A stretch of 64,000 nucleotides of DNA, taken from NCBI GenBank assembly GCA_040285855.1, contig JAUFOQ010000013.1:1798001-1862000 (forward strand), read 5' to 3'. The notes under the pieces are model-generated. The model saw only the letters and a list, made by a program, of their open reading frames with translations, ran no database searches and was not told where the DNA came from. Shown here piece by piece: positions 48,622 through 61,254 of the stretch (the stretch's first letter is position 1; each line of letters opens with the position of its first letter). This stretch comes from Eukaryota sp. GEM-RC1 (Eukaryota). A program made the translations under genes and the position numbers.

Positions 48622-49050
48622 CTACTTTGACTTTGTTAATGCTTGAACAGCTTCAAGAATAAGTTGCTGGTTAGTTTCAACTATTCTTCCCTGCTGTACC
48701 ATTTCATCAAGAATAAGATGGGCCTTGTCAACATGGTACATGATGTGAAGTTCCCGAACATTTTCAAAGTATGCGTCAAAGATTTCTACCAGATTGTGAA
48801 TGAACTCCAGTATGGCCAGTTCATTCTCTTCATCATCAATACCAACAATAAAGAAGAGAGAAGCATATCTTCTATAAACTACCTTAAAGTCACCGTATTG
48901 CAGAACGGAACACTTCTTTTCATTTCGTTTCAGACATTCACGTACAATTTCTGTTTCTAGAGCAACTCGCTCTTCCATTGGAAGATAACGATAGTGTTGC
49001 GAAAGACGTGGTTGTCCTTGCTTATTGACGAGTACAAAGAATCGTATCAT
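48622..49050 (-). CDS. AP4S1: AP-4 adaptor complex sigma subunit
   Basis: MIRFF.LVNKQGQ.RLSQ.Y, YRRYASLFFIVG, ENELAILEFIH.LVE..D.YF.NV.EL.IM....KAH.ILDEMV. Confidence 0.9.
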   Translation of the reverse strand: MIRFFVLVNKQGQPRLSQHYRYLPMEERVALETEIVRECLKRNEKKCSVLQYGDFKVVYRRYASLFFIVGIDDEENELAILEFIHNLVEIFDAYFENVRELHIMYHVDKAHLILDEMVQQGRIVETNQQLILEAVQALTKSK

Positions 49051-49105
49051 TTAAGAGAAGATAGAGAGATGAAAGGTGTTGGTTGGAGTTTTAGGTGTTG
49101 AAAAG

Positions 49106-50640
49106 CAGTGTTTGAAAACCACCCGGTGCCACTCACCACCCGGGTGGCGTCTGGGTGGTACTGGGTGGATAATTTTGGTCTTACCATCATCTTCAATCCA
49201 TGACTTCCTGAATACATACTTCGTTGTTCAACGTGTCCTGAATACAATTATTTTAACGGGAGTTATTTTTAGGATCGGAGAGGCTAATATCATCTTACTT
49301 ATTTATTTTTCAGAGGGTTTTTCTAATCCCAAACCTAAACAAAGTACTTCATTGTTAGTTATTTTATATCACACACTGCTGCTCGGTTTCCCTTGGATGG
49401 AATCAATCTGTTGAATTCCAGTAATTGCCGTTGGATTCAATCTGCTAAAGATTTGGTATCATCATTGTCTCCTGAAATGTGGGAATCTTTGTTCCCTGCT
49501 CATTTGAAGGAGATTCCTTTAAAAAATATTTCATCTATACCGTCTGCTGTATGTAAGCTGCAAAATAAATTGACAAAGAGTTTGAACTCTTGGACTTTAA
49601 TAATCGTATTAGCTTGGCTAAAACTAATAGTCCCGAGTTCGCTGCTTTTTTAATTGATCTTTGTAATAGTGGACCTTCTGGATTTATTTCTCAAATTTCA
49701 AAGGTGTATGGTTTACATCTATCTGATGAAGCTTGGATGATCAATATGCGTCTTCGTTTGGCTATTTGGCCTGCAAATTTATTAAACTATTCAACTTGCT
49801 CTTGTGGAGCTAATGGTGTTTTTCGTCATTTAATTAATTGTCGTTATTTTATTCATCTACGTGCAATAATTCATGATGGTGTACGTGATTCTTGTTATTC
49901 CATGTTTAAAGCACATGGTTTTCACTCTAAAGTTGAACCAGTTTTGAATCATCTTTCAGATAATGAATTTACTGATGAAAAAGAGGGGATCTACATACTC
50001 CGTGGCTTAAATCGAGTCAATCATTAATGGATTTTACTACAGTGGATGTATGTAACAAATCTTGTGTTAGTAGGATTTTAGATTCTTCTTTTAACCCGTT
50101 AACAGCTGCTGAAAAGCTCAAACACTCCAAGTATGACTCTCAAGTTGAAGAATTAAATAGAAACTCATATTCCAAATTTGTGTTTCAACCTTTTGCTGTT
50201 TCTCTTTTTGGATCTATTAGTCCTGCTGGTGATCAATTTTTCAAGGATTTCGAAGAATTGTGTAAAGAAAAGAAGCGTAAGTTTAGAATGGCTGAATGGA
50301 AAAACCGTATTGTGTTTTCCATATATCGGAATATGCCTTTCTATTTCTCTAGATTAATTGAGAAATTGTAGAAGTTTGGTGTGAAGGTTAATGTTGATAA
50401 ACGTAATCTTTTACCGGGTGGTGATGAAGTCGTTTGGATTTAATCTTAGTATTATTTGTTTGTTTTTACAATTTCATAGTTTGTAGGAAGGTTACTTTAT
50501 TGGGTGCCGAATAAATTTCACTGCTAAAGTACTTTCAGTTTCATTGTATATGGTGTATAAAGTAGTTTTTGCACCAAAACTAATGTCTCGTACTTTATTG
50601 CCACCCGGGTGGCGTCCGAGTGGAAAATTTTCGAACACTG
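49106..50640. mobile_element. Non-autonomous hAT element carrying a nested CRE fragment
   Basis: 8-bp TSD TTGAAAAG (49098-49105, 50641-50648); TIR CAGTGTT(T/C)GAAAA; subterminal CCACCCGGGTGG palindromes at both ends. Confidence 0.9.
49381..50518 (+). mobile_element. 5'-truncated CRE-like element, family B
   Basis: W.INMRLRL..WP, CSCG...HLINC, IHDGVRD, MDFTTVDVCN, FVFQPFAVSLFGSI; possible TSD CACTGCT (49374-49380, 50519-50525). Confidence 0.85.
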
Positions 50641-51237
50641 TTGAAAAGTGAATCTCCTTGATTTTTCTTTGAAGGAAATCAACACTAAATGCTGCCTACT
50701 GGTTAAGGTAGACTAAAAAGTTTGTAAAACTAAGATCCAGACTGATCGATCAAAACGTCCACATCCTCTTCACTCTCATCTTCTGCAACGACGTCCTTTT
50801 CCTCACTCTCCTCAGTCTCAAGACATTGTACACAACTAATCTCAGAAGTCATTTGTTCAGATTGGCTTCTGCTGAGAATAGTTGGCCTGGATAGCCCAGA
50901 TAACTTTGCCTTCATGATTTCCATAATGTTGATGCCTGAATTTGATTACTGTGGAAGCTTCGTCTATAGTACTGGCCCAAAGGCTTGCACTTATGGGAGG
51001 GTAGACTGTATATATAAGAACTTCACTACAATTCAATCTGTAAAAATATACCACTTCTTTTATTAGTAATTGGGTTGTTTGAGAAGGATAAATCAAGGTT
51101 TTACTACAGCATTCATGAAAGTTTCAAGTTTTTATTCAGTTCTAGTTTTCGTACTTGTCTTACTGATTAAAAACAACTGTTTACAGATAATGGGACAAAG
51201 ATACAAAGTAAAGGCTATGAAACACTAGTAATATAAT

Positions 51238-51500
51238 GTTTATTCGGCACCCAATAAGGTAACCTTCCTACAAACTATGAAATTGTAAAAACAAACAAAT
51301 AATAATAAGATTAAATCCAAACGACTTCATCACCACCCGGTAAAAGATTACGTTTATCAACATTAACCTTCACACCAAACTTGTACAATTTCTCAATTAA
51401 TCTAGAGAAATAGAAAGGCATATTCCGATATATGGAAAACACTATACGGTTTTTCCATTCAGCCATTCTAAACTTACGCTTCTTAAATAATAATAAATAA
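51238..51500 (-). mobile_element. CRE-like family B 3' fragment
   Basis: Reverse complement of ~50270-50515; 11-bp TSD AGTAATATAAT (51227-51237, 51501-51511). Confidence 0.85.
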
Positions 51501-51935
51501 AGTAATATAATAAATGATTTTGTAGCTTCTTTAACGCAAATTTTAAAGACAAAATGTTTCGAATTGGAATTTCTTGGATATCAACAGGAAAGCACGATTA
51601 CCATAACTCAGGAGAAATATTTCCTATTTCACCACGGAGATGATTAAGATAAAAGCTGCTAGTACTTTCAAGAAGAGAAGTTCTTGATGGTTTTTTGGAT
51701 GTGTACTTAGCCTATTGTGTAATCGTAAAAACACGCGTTTTTTGATTAATAGTTTTTGTTTAGGTAATTTATAAGCAATTAACAGGCTTAGTATTGTTGT
51801 CAATAGAATAAAAATCTGTAAAAAAAAATTAACAGGCTTTTTTGAAAGTAATGACCAAGATGTAAACCAATACATTCAATTTTTTCAGAGAGTATAAGAG
51901 GTGATTACGATATTCAAATAAAATCTAAAACTCAA

Positions 51936-54900
51936 CTAATTTTCAGAAAAAGTGAAAGAGCACAGAGGACAACGTCTACTATCACTCGCTTCGAACCATT
52001 TCTCAAGACATTTGGTATGCATTTTGTTCTTACAATTAAGACAGGATCTATTGGGCAGACTTCCATTTTCGTAGAAACAAACAGAATAACAAATAGAACA
52101 CATATCAGCGGAATCAAGATTCTCGACACACTTGGAAAGTACGATAATTGCAGAAATGACAGCAAATCTAGAATTATTTAAATATCCCAATTCTTCAGAA
52201 TTCAATCCAGAAACTTCTTCTTTCAAATCAGAAATGGATCCATGAATCTTCACAGCAGAATTAAGTAATAGCGACCATTTTCTAATTTCAGCTCTAGTAG
52301 AGTTCAAATCACAAGCAAACGTGACCTTACACGGACGTAAAGGGAAATCGTCAGGATAAGAGAAGAGGAATCGTCCAGAGTTCACAGATTCACCCTTCCT
52401 TTCAACTATTAGCTCAATTGAATGACCTGGGAGAGTGGAAAGTTTAAAGACAACATTGGGAGCTTTAATCAAGTGAATTACTGGAACAAGACCTATAAAC
52501 TGAGATTCTTGCTGGAAAAAATGTGTCGAGAACGAAGCTGAAAACACACGTGAAAGATATTTAAAATATTTAGGCAATTTGTTGACATACGATCGGAATT
52601 CCTGTAGATGTGAATGAATAACTTCTTCTAAAAGGAGAAGATATGCAAAGTTCGATGATTCCTGTAACAAAACAGGAGAATTAAACTCTAACAAAGGAGC
52701 AAACACTTCAAGTAGAGAAAAAATAATTTCTAAATTTTTTGAATCCAATACTTTAAGATTTTGGGATTGTTCAATTTTTGAATCAATTTTGTCGACAATA
52801 AGAGAAGAGCTTTGGAGTCAGAATCTATTTCAAAAGAATAATCAAAATCAAAAACTTTTTGGGAGGCTGCAAACTTAGCAAAGGAAATTTCAAATTCAGA
52901 AAACAGAAACTTTGAAGAAAATAATCTCCCTGAAATTAAAACAAATGATGACGGGAAAAATCTAGCAAGACTGGAAATATTCTTGACTGACGAACAATCT
53001 GCATCAATTTTCAATTTTTGGAGATAATTGGAAAAAACAATGTCAAAATCACTTGCAATTTGTTTGGTACCAGCAATAGCACTGACGTGACCAATGACGT
53101 CAGCAATGAGACTAATCAAAACAGGAAATATGTAGGAATCAAAAGTGATTGCTTCACTGAAACAATTAGAAAATAACTTCAAAACAATGAAACATTTAAA
53201 ATATGTCAAATCACTAACATCAATCGTTTCCAAGAAGAGTCGCAGAGATTTAAAACTAACATTTTCGTTTGCAAAAATGACTTTAAGCTGATCAAATGTA
53301 GACCATAAATTTAAATTTTGTTGATTCCAGCTACTTAAGCCAATAATTGACGATCCTGCTTTAAAACCGTCATGGTCACTTTTTAAACTATTAAAATTTT
53401 CAATATTATACATTTTGGAAAAACAGAACTGTAAAATTTTGAATTGGTGAGGCAGTAAAACAGAATTGGAAGAATCAGTGTTTTGATTGAAACTTTGATT
53501 GGCAAATACAAATGAGTGCACTAAATAGAACATAAAAGAATCAATATTGGTACGATCTAATACACTGTTTAGTTGCAAATTGAAATCCTCACATGGTTTG
53601 GCTTGAATTAAGTGAAGAATATGGGTTCCGAAAACAGTCAAAAAGCAATCAAAGAGCTCTTCTAGATTGACAAAAGGGAAGGACTGTCATTTTGATTGAT
53701 GAATAAAGCTAAGCCAATGTGACGGCTGAGATTTGATGAATCCAATGCAAATAGGAATGGTTTTGATTCAAATGAAAACAATAGCAGCAGGTCTTTCAAA
53801 AAGAATAAAGCCTGGTCGGAGATATTTGATTGACAATCTGAGAAGGAGGATACGAATTGGTTAATGAAATAACTGGCATCATTAACAGCAATCAGTTTTG
53901 ATTGATTGTCTAACAATGAGTCAAATTGAGGACCATAATCAGTACTGAGAATTTTAAAAAGTAGGAAAATGAAAAAATCAATCGTCTGATTGTCAAACTG
54001 ATTAATTTCATTACAATTGAGAAGAGAATTTAATATTTTGAAATATTTCGAAGGCCAACAACAGGTGTGGTGAGATTTCATTAAAACAATATAATCTGTG
54101 CAGACCGGAGGTAAATCGACATAAACCAAAAATTCTTCACAAGCAAGTACGTCATCATCAGTCAGCAAGTGGTCAAGAACACGTTTACAGAAATCAGAAT
54201 CCAGGAAATCAAAATTTAAACCCCGAATTAAATGAATTCTAGCAACTTTTAAATTAGAAAACAATGAAGCTATGTCCGAAAAATCATAGAAAGATTGTAA
54301 AAATCCTAATACAAATTTAAAATTTAGAGAATCAACAGATTCATTTGCAAAAAGTCGTTTAATAATTATTAAAAATTCTACTGACTGTTCCGAAGGCAAG
54401 GAATTAAATTCAGCATATTTAGCACTGATTTCATAGAAATTTGGTAACAAGAATGAATCAAAACAGAGCTCAGAAAACAAAAAAAGAGTTACCATACTTA
54501 CTTCATGAATATTTAAAAATGAATATTTCAAAAATGAACAAAATATAGCAGGGAATTGATTATAAAACTTTGAATTTTGGTGTGAGTCGTTCAAAAATTG
54601 TAAAAGAGCGCTACACAATTGAAATCCAAAACATCTTGAGCTAAAACATCAAACTCCAAATGACTTTCAAAAAACATGGAAAAATAATTTAACATTAAAT
54701 TATCAAAATCATCAGGAGAGGATTTCACTCCAATAACAATTAGAGAATCCTTAAAAGAATTGTACAAATCAATCACATTGGACCGTGATTTAACAGCGGT
54801 TATTTGTTGAAATTTTTTCAAAATATATTCAGACCACAGAAGAACTCCATGGAGAACTTGTTCCTTATAATTTGAATTATTCCAGAATTTTTTAAAAAGA

Positions 54901-55876
54901 GAGGAATTAGTTCACATGCTGTATCATCAAAAGCATCATTTTTAATAAATTCCAGGATTTTTGTAAAAACTTCGGAAGTTAATCCTCCCGGTAAGACCAA
55001 TAAGCAAGCTAATACTTCAGTAAACAAAGAATCCCTTGCTAGAAGATTTAAAAGTTTAGAAATTAACTTTTTGATGAACTTATCAACTGTTAAGTCCTGC
55101 CTCAACAGAAAATTCCAAAATTCCTGTGACATTATCAATTTAAATACAGAAAGTCGTAAATATTGGGGCATTGCGTGACCAATCAGTTTAAGTAATCCTG
55201 ATTGACTACCGGGATCAATCAGTTTTTCAATCAAATCCAATAACTGCCAACTATTTGAGTTTAGACATTCTTCTTCAGAAACACGTATAACCCAATTAAA
55301 CAGACCAACACCCATGTTTAAGGAAATAGCTACTATTTCAAAGGATTGTTCTTGAGACCATCCGTCGTTGAGAAGAGCAACGGAGGACTTTGAAAGGCAA
55401 GTGTTTAGGAAAGATTGAAAGTGTGAAAAGAAAGAGCTAAGTAGACGATCAGGGTGCTTGAAAAGGGAGGAGAAAGAAGATGACGAAATTCTGGCGACTT
55501 CACTTGACGGGTCAAAACTCAGGCCAACCCAAGGAGCAATGAAAAGAGGAAGAGCTGGTTTCAAATGTTGTTTGGGAAAGCGAGAGACTTGTTGGAGTAA
55601 CCGAGCAGTGTTGAGTCTAACACGGCTATTTGGGTCATGAACAAGGTGAGGAAGAACATTCTGAAGAGCCAAACAGAACGTCGACAGTAGTGAGGGTTCT
55701 AGAGAAGGTATCTCTTGACAAAGAGTCGTCAGAGCCTTTGCCCTAGTGATTTCACATCTTTTCTTAAGTTTTTGAAGAGGAACAGATATAGTTAGCGGGA
55801 GGTCGTCCGTAACAAGAGCAGAGTTTTGGAAGAACTGTGTTCCAGTAAGTAATGCAGCAGCATCTGATAGTTTCAT
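51936..55876 (-). CDS. LTN1: Listerin/Ltn1 RQC E3 ubiquitin ligase (four frameshifts)
   Basis: N-terminal L.KLKKR..ITR.KAL..L, L..DPNSRVR, PW....FDP..EVA; C-terminal RWD-like YP.DFPL and RING CSICYSV....GSLP...C..CKNK.H..CL.KWF..S....CPLC. Confidence 0.9.
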
Positions 55877-56456
55877 TGACAAAGATGGTGATAAAAGTAA
55901 AAGAATTTCTCATTCGGCAAAAACAGAAGCAGCTTCAAAAACTATACAAGCATACCCTCTACTATGCTTGTATTGGAACCTGCTTGTATTAGCGTCCATT
56001 ATATTTGTAAGATACTAATGGCAAGAACATCATCATTGTATTTCCATAATCCCAACCAATGTAAGAGTTTATTTGCAACAATTAATTAATACATACTAAT
56101 CCCAACCAGTAATCATTAAATTGCCCTGTCGATCATGAAAACCATTAAAAGCGAACCAAAATATGTGACAATCACTTGATCAAACAAGTTGTTCATTAAT
56201 CTCCTAACTGAACCAGTTCTAGGTAGGGAGTTCTCACAGTAGTTCTACCCTACTGTGAGAACAAACATAATACTGTGAGAACTAACGATTACGTTAGTTT
56301 AACAGTGTTGTAGCATGACGGCCTTAACTGCCATGAAAGATCAGAGATCAATCAGAACATGACCATAATTTAACTTCAAAAGAAGAGAACTGATAATTAA
56401 TATAATTTATTCAAAGATTAAAAAGAATCAGAATAAAACAAAACTAAATACTGTAT

Positions 56457-56612
56457 TTACTTAAACCAAGCAATGGCTTTCCCGTCCTTAGGGAAGTACC
56501 AATCATAAGACAAGAAAACTTCCTCGTCCTTCAAAGGTCTAAGGGCATACAGACCAACCAGCTTCTCCCCGTTGACATCATTGTGACCCATAGGCCATAG
56601 GCGCATGGCATT
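56457..56612 (-). pseudogene. SET-domain C-terminal fragment
   Basis: NAMRLW...VNGEKLVGLYALRPLKDEEVFLSYDW resembles W.V.G..R.GLFALR.I..GEELT.DY; no upstream SET core. Confidence 0.5.
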
Positions 56613-58382
56613 TGAAAATTCGGTTATGGTACAACACTGCTTTTTAATTACCCTACTGTGAGAACAAACATATTTACTGTCATTTTTGAGAAACTTCATT
56701 TTATCATTGATTCTGAGAATTGTAATTAGTCTTTTAATACAGACTTGTCCGTCAGGTGTTCTAGTCTTTTTTTTAAAAAAAAGAAGAAAAATCACAATGG
56801 CTAAGGTCTTTCGTAGAACTAGAAACTGAAATCTGTAAGAGGTTTGCAAGAGGTTTAACATCACTCACAGCGGTGTCATATCGAAACTAATGATTTTTTT
56901 AAACAATTGACGATACTTTAGGACGGTACAAGTGTACTTGCTTGTTTCAGTTAGAGAAGCCGAGTGTGTTCTTTCCTGGTAGTATCCATTTCGATGTTGC
57001 GCTGATGCAACCTGTTTCAGACTATAATAAAACGCAAACTTGTGGTGTACTCATATAGTTATGTATCTCACAGCTCAACAAATTGGAACTGAAATATTTC
57101 AAACATATAACCGTTACTGTTATTACGACAGAATGCAGGTATTTGGTACCGACATTTGCAATGACGAGGTGTTTCGTTTTCAGTTTTCAAAGAGTGACGA
57201 ATCCTGTCATAGAAGTCACTGAAATTGAGTTCAGACAAAGAGTCTGTCTCTATTTAAAATCGAGACAAAATGAATCTTAAGCAAACAGTGTATTTGGTGT
57301 ACCAATGTACACACTATAAAAATACAATTACTCAATTACTATTTAACTTTATGCATCGCACTCGAACTTCTTTTGGTATTTCTAGTACCAAACAGCCATG
57401 TGTTTTTAATCATGGAATATCAAGAATCACGAATACCATCATGAATAACTGAACGTAACTGAATATAACAATGATACTTTCTGAATCAGCGTGTATTAAG
57501 TTATTGTTGCAAAGCACATTCTTTTTCAAATAATGACAATTACTTAAATGGCGAAAAACACCATTAGCCCCAAAAGATCACGTTCAATAATTTACCAATT
57601 TTACTTGTAGCTGAACGAAGACGCATTTAAAAAAAAAGTTAATGACTGCGGTTATTAAGATACAATTTGTGGAATTTCCTTAGAACAGTTTTAGTCCACG
57701 TTGGTGGCCAATTACAAAGGAGAAAAAGACTCAATATACCCAATAGCTACGTGACTGGCAATAAACTCAGCATTTATTGCCATCGAATCTCACAGAAGCA
57801 TTTTCCCTGGAGGTGATGTGCAAGTATCAAGCCTTTGAGTCAAAGACATGATCATTGCATGAATTGGTTTAAAAACTATTCGATTCAACCAAAACATAAT
57901 ATCAAGAATCTTGTTTTTGTTATTAGATTTATGTTATGTTTGGTGTTTGTTTAACAAACATTCTATATTAACTGATCAGCAAACTGTTGACAAACGATGA
58001 GCTAAACAAATGGACATTGAATCTGCAGACTGAGTACGCTCGAATCGACTCGAGTTCGAGCATACTCACACTTATCTGAGTCAACTCTAGTTACGGGGGC
58101 ATATATTTATTGGTTGGATCAGATATTACATGTAGAGAGAAATACAAAATGATTTATAAACGGAAAAACAATCACAAAATACAACACTGAATGATGCTTT
58201 CCCAACAACAACAACAACCAAAAAAAAGATATCAAATACAAAAGCACAACGAAAATGAACTCAAATTAAAATACCGAAACAACAAGCAAATTGATACAAA
58301 TCAAATTTCAAAAGGAACAAGTTTGAACACAAAAAAAAGAATGAAAAACTAAGAAGCCATGTAGACATATAACTCAATCAAA

Positions 58383-59028
58383 TCACGACTTTCCTCTTCC
58401 CCTGAGTAAAGAGCCTCTATTAAGACTTGGTTTCGATGGTAACGATGTGTTCTTCGAATGACCAGTTGTGTCAGCAAAGGGGTCTAAAGAAAGGGGTGCA
58501 GCGGGAGTAGTAGCATTGTGGGGGGCATTGGGGGAAGGCACACTGGTGACGTTGCTGGTGAACTTAACTGGTTCAGGGGGGCTTCCATACGGATTTTATA
58601 TGGTCTTTATCATATACTGAATTGCCCATGGCAGACCCAAAGTATCGAAGAGATCGTTTAACACCATCAGTAATAGCTTCTTTCTTAGCTAGACTGATCG
58701 CTGCTCCTTTACTACGCTGGGCATCGCCAGTTCCGTATCCAATATCCTCATGATAGTTACCAGACTTTAAAGAGACTCGAATAAGAGCCGAAACTCCACA
58801 CGAAAAGCGATTGTTGTTTTCCTCCAGATAGTCAACCTCAACAGACTTAACTTCTGTACTCCACCCGTCAAAACCAAAGATCTCATTGGCTTTTCGTACA
58901 ACTTTCCATCCTTCGAGATAAGTAAGAGAAGATCCGCCAGGACCTGGTCGTTTAGAAAGATCACTGGCAGTCAGATTTTCTGAAAGAGCAGAAGATATAG
59001 CCTCATAGTTAACCCATGAAGAAGTCAT
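58383..59028 (-). CDS. RAD52: Rad52 recombination mediator
   Basis: S.RPGPGG..LTYLEGW.V...ANEIFGFDGWS, LKSGNYHEDIGYG, AKKEAITDG.KR.LR.FG..MGN.VYDK; removing one base from G6 58576-58581 extends a low-complexity tail (end uncertain). Confidence 0.93.
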
Positions 59029-59064
59029 GAGCAATAAAGTTGTCAATTTTGTTTCGGTTCTGCA

Positions 59065-61135
59065 ATGAACCTAACAGATGAACAAGCTTCTGTCATTCAA
59101 TCTACTGACAATCCTCTATTCGTGAATGCTCTTGCAGGAACTGGAAAAACCGAAACATTATGTCAAACACTCATATATCATCTTTCTCACCACCCTTCTG
59201 CTTCCTTTCTTGTTCTTACTTTCACTAAGTCTGCCAGATCAGAACTGCAAAACCGTATATCTGTGTTACTCCAAAATCATGGATTAATCCAACACATGAA
59301 TCAATTTTCCATCACTACATACCATTCTCTGGCTCTGTTACATGTAAGATCTGAGTTTCCAAATTTTAAATTTTCTCTCCTGAGCACATCAGAATCTTTG
59401 GATCTTCTTTGTGACTGCTTTGATACCGCCATTGATAAACTAGAAGTCACAGATGCTGATATTGAGGTAACTGTGGCTTTGATTTGGAAAGTATATACTT
59501 TGGGTTCAGCCAAATTATTAAAATTTCTAACAATTTCTCGAGAAGTTGACAGTTTTCTGAATTCTTTGAATTTTGACACTTGTGCAAAAATTTGATTTTT
59601 AACACATTGAATTATTATCAGCACTTCAAATCACAAAACTATCTCCTGGATTTCGCTGACCTCTTGTTTGCGTGGCTCGAAATTTTAAAATCTCAATTAA
59701 GTTTGAATTCTAAACAGTCTTCAAATAATTTAAATTATTCAGTTATTGCGGGAGATGAAATCAATGACTCATCAGAATTACAATTACGCATACTCTCCCA
59801 TTTGTACAAAATCTATAATTTTCCAAGATTGTTTATTGTTGGTGATTGGAATCAGTCAATAATGTCTTTTTGTGGTGCAGACTTTCAGAATCAACTTTTA
59901 TTTTCTGATGTTTTCCCTCAACTGACCACATTGTACCTCACTGTCAACTTTCGCAGTTCTCCACCTGTTGTGAAGTTAGCCAATTCTATACTCACAAAAT
60001 TTAAAATTTTCAATAATTCGTCTAGTCCTCAACTTATCCCTTGCTATGTCAACAACGAACGGTCATTTCCACCGCCTTCGTTGGTTCTTCTCTTTGGGGA
60101 AGTTAGGGAAGCTTTGTTTGTGGCAGAAAAAATTAACAAGATTAAACAACGGTCTTCAGTTGTAAGTAACATTGGCGTTTTGTTCAGAGTTTCTCGTCAC
60201 TCTTGGATTTTAGAACTTGTGTTTAATCTCTATGGGATTTTCTACAACAAAATAAGTGGCCAGCAGTTTAAAGATACGGCGTGTGGGCTCTTCCTTTCAT
60301 CATTAATTGTTCTTTTGGATTTTTTTGAGAATTCAGTTTCATCGTTAATTGTTCAAAACTTTCAGTTGTTTACTGTTGAAAGCTCCTGGCAAATTTTAAT
60401 TTCTCATATTCCCAAACTTTCCGAAGATAAAAAAACTTGTCTTTTGAATAGACTTCGAGCATCACGGTGGATTCCTTCAATTGACAACAAAACCATTGAT
60501 GATGATCTACTTGTTTATATGAAGTGTTTTTCAAAAGTGAAACGCCAATGCTCTCAGAAAGTTCATTTTTCAAAAACATTTGTACTTTTTTTAAATATCT
60601 GTCACAAGTTGAAACTGAAGATTTGTTGTCAAAATTGTACTCTTTTTCTAATTTTTCAGCCATAATATCAAGGTTTCCATCTGCTTTTGAGTTGTATATT
60701 AAACTGAATCAGGTCGAGTTCAACATGTCTACCATTTCTGAAGATGATAAGGTAACTCTTTCTACAATTCACTCTAGCAAAGGACTTGGTTTTTCAACTG
60801 TTTTTTTGACTGGACTTGTTAATGGAAAGTTTCCGCTTATTTCCACAAAATTCAATCACATTACAGTTGATTTGGATGAAGAGCTCCGATTGTTTTATGT
60901 TGCCGTCACTAGAGCTAAAGTTTCTCTTATTTGCACTGTACCTTTGTCTGCTGATTATTGTCTTTCTTCATTTATTGATGAAATGATATTCCAAAATTTT
61001 AAATTTGTACCTCCAGCTAATTCGACTGAAATTATTAATATCACTAAGAGTATTGAGACTCATCTTTTGGATCCTAATAATCCATCCCTATTACTGAAAT
61101 TGAGAGACCTCGTGCAATTGAAAAGAAGCAATTAA
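59065..61135 (+). CDS. UvrD/PcrA/Srs2-family SF1 helicase (two frameshifts)
   Basis: A.AGTGKT, LTFT.SA..EL..RI, TYHSL, DE.ND, VGD.NQSI..F.GA, L..NFRS, STIHSSKGL.F, EE.RLFYVAVTRAK; junctions at A5 59586-59590 and T5 60527-60531. Confidence 0.9.
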
Positions 61136-61254
61136 AATTAAGGCATTCGATTAAACACGCGTGTTTTTAAACATTATGTTTTTACCACGCTTTTTTTGTG
61201 GAATGTGATCTTGAAAATCTCTTTCCAACCTTTTGTGATTTCGTCCTTATATTA

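Noticed and set aside
58032..58070. Hairpin TGAGTA.GCTCGAA...TTCGAGC.TACTCA as an RNA gene
   Set aside because: Single stem with no tRNA/snRNA features; more likely a transposon-end relic.
7371..61135. Tiny spliceosomal introns or a reassigned stop codon explaining split ORFs
   Set aside because: Junctions are frame changes fixed by one or two bases, with no consistent GT..AG; TAA, TAG and TGA all terminate conserved genes.
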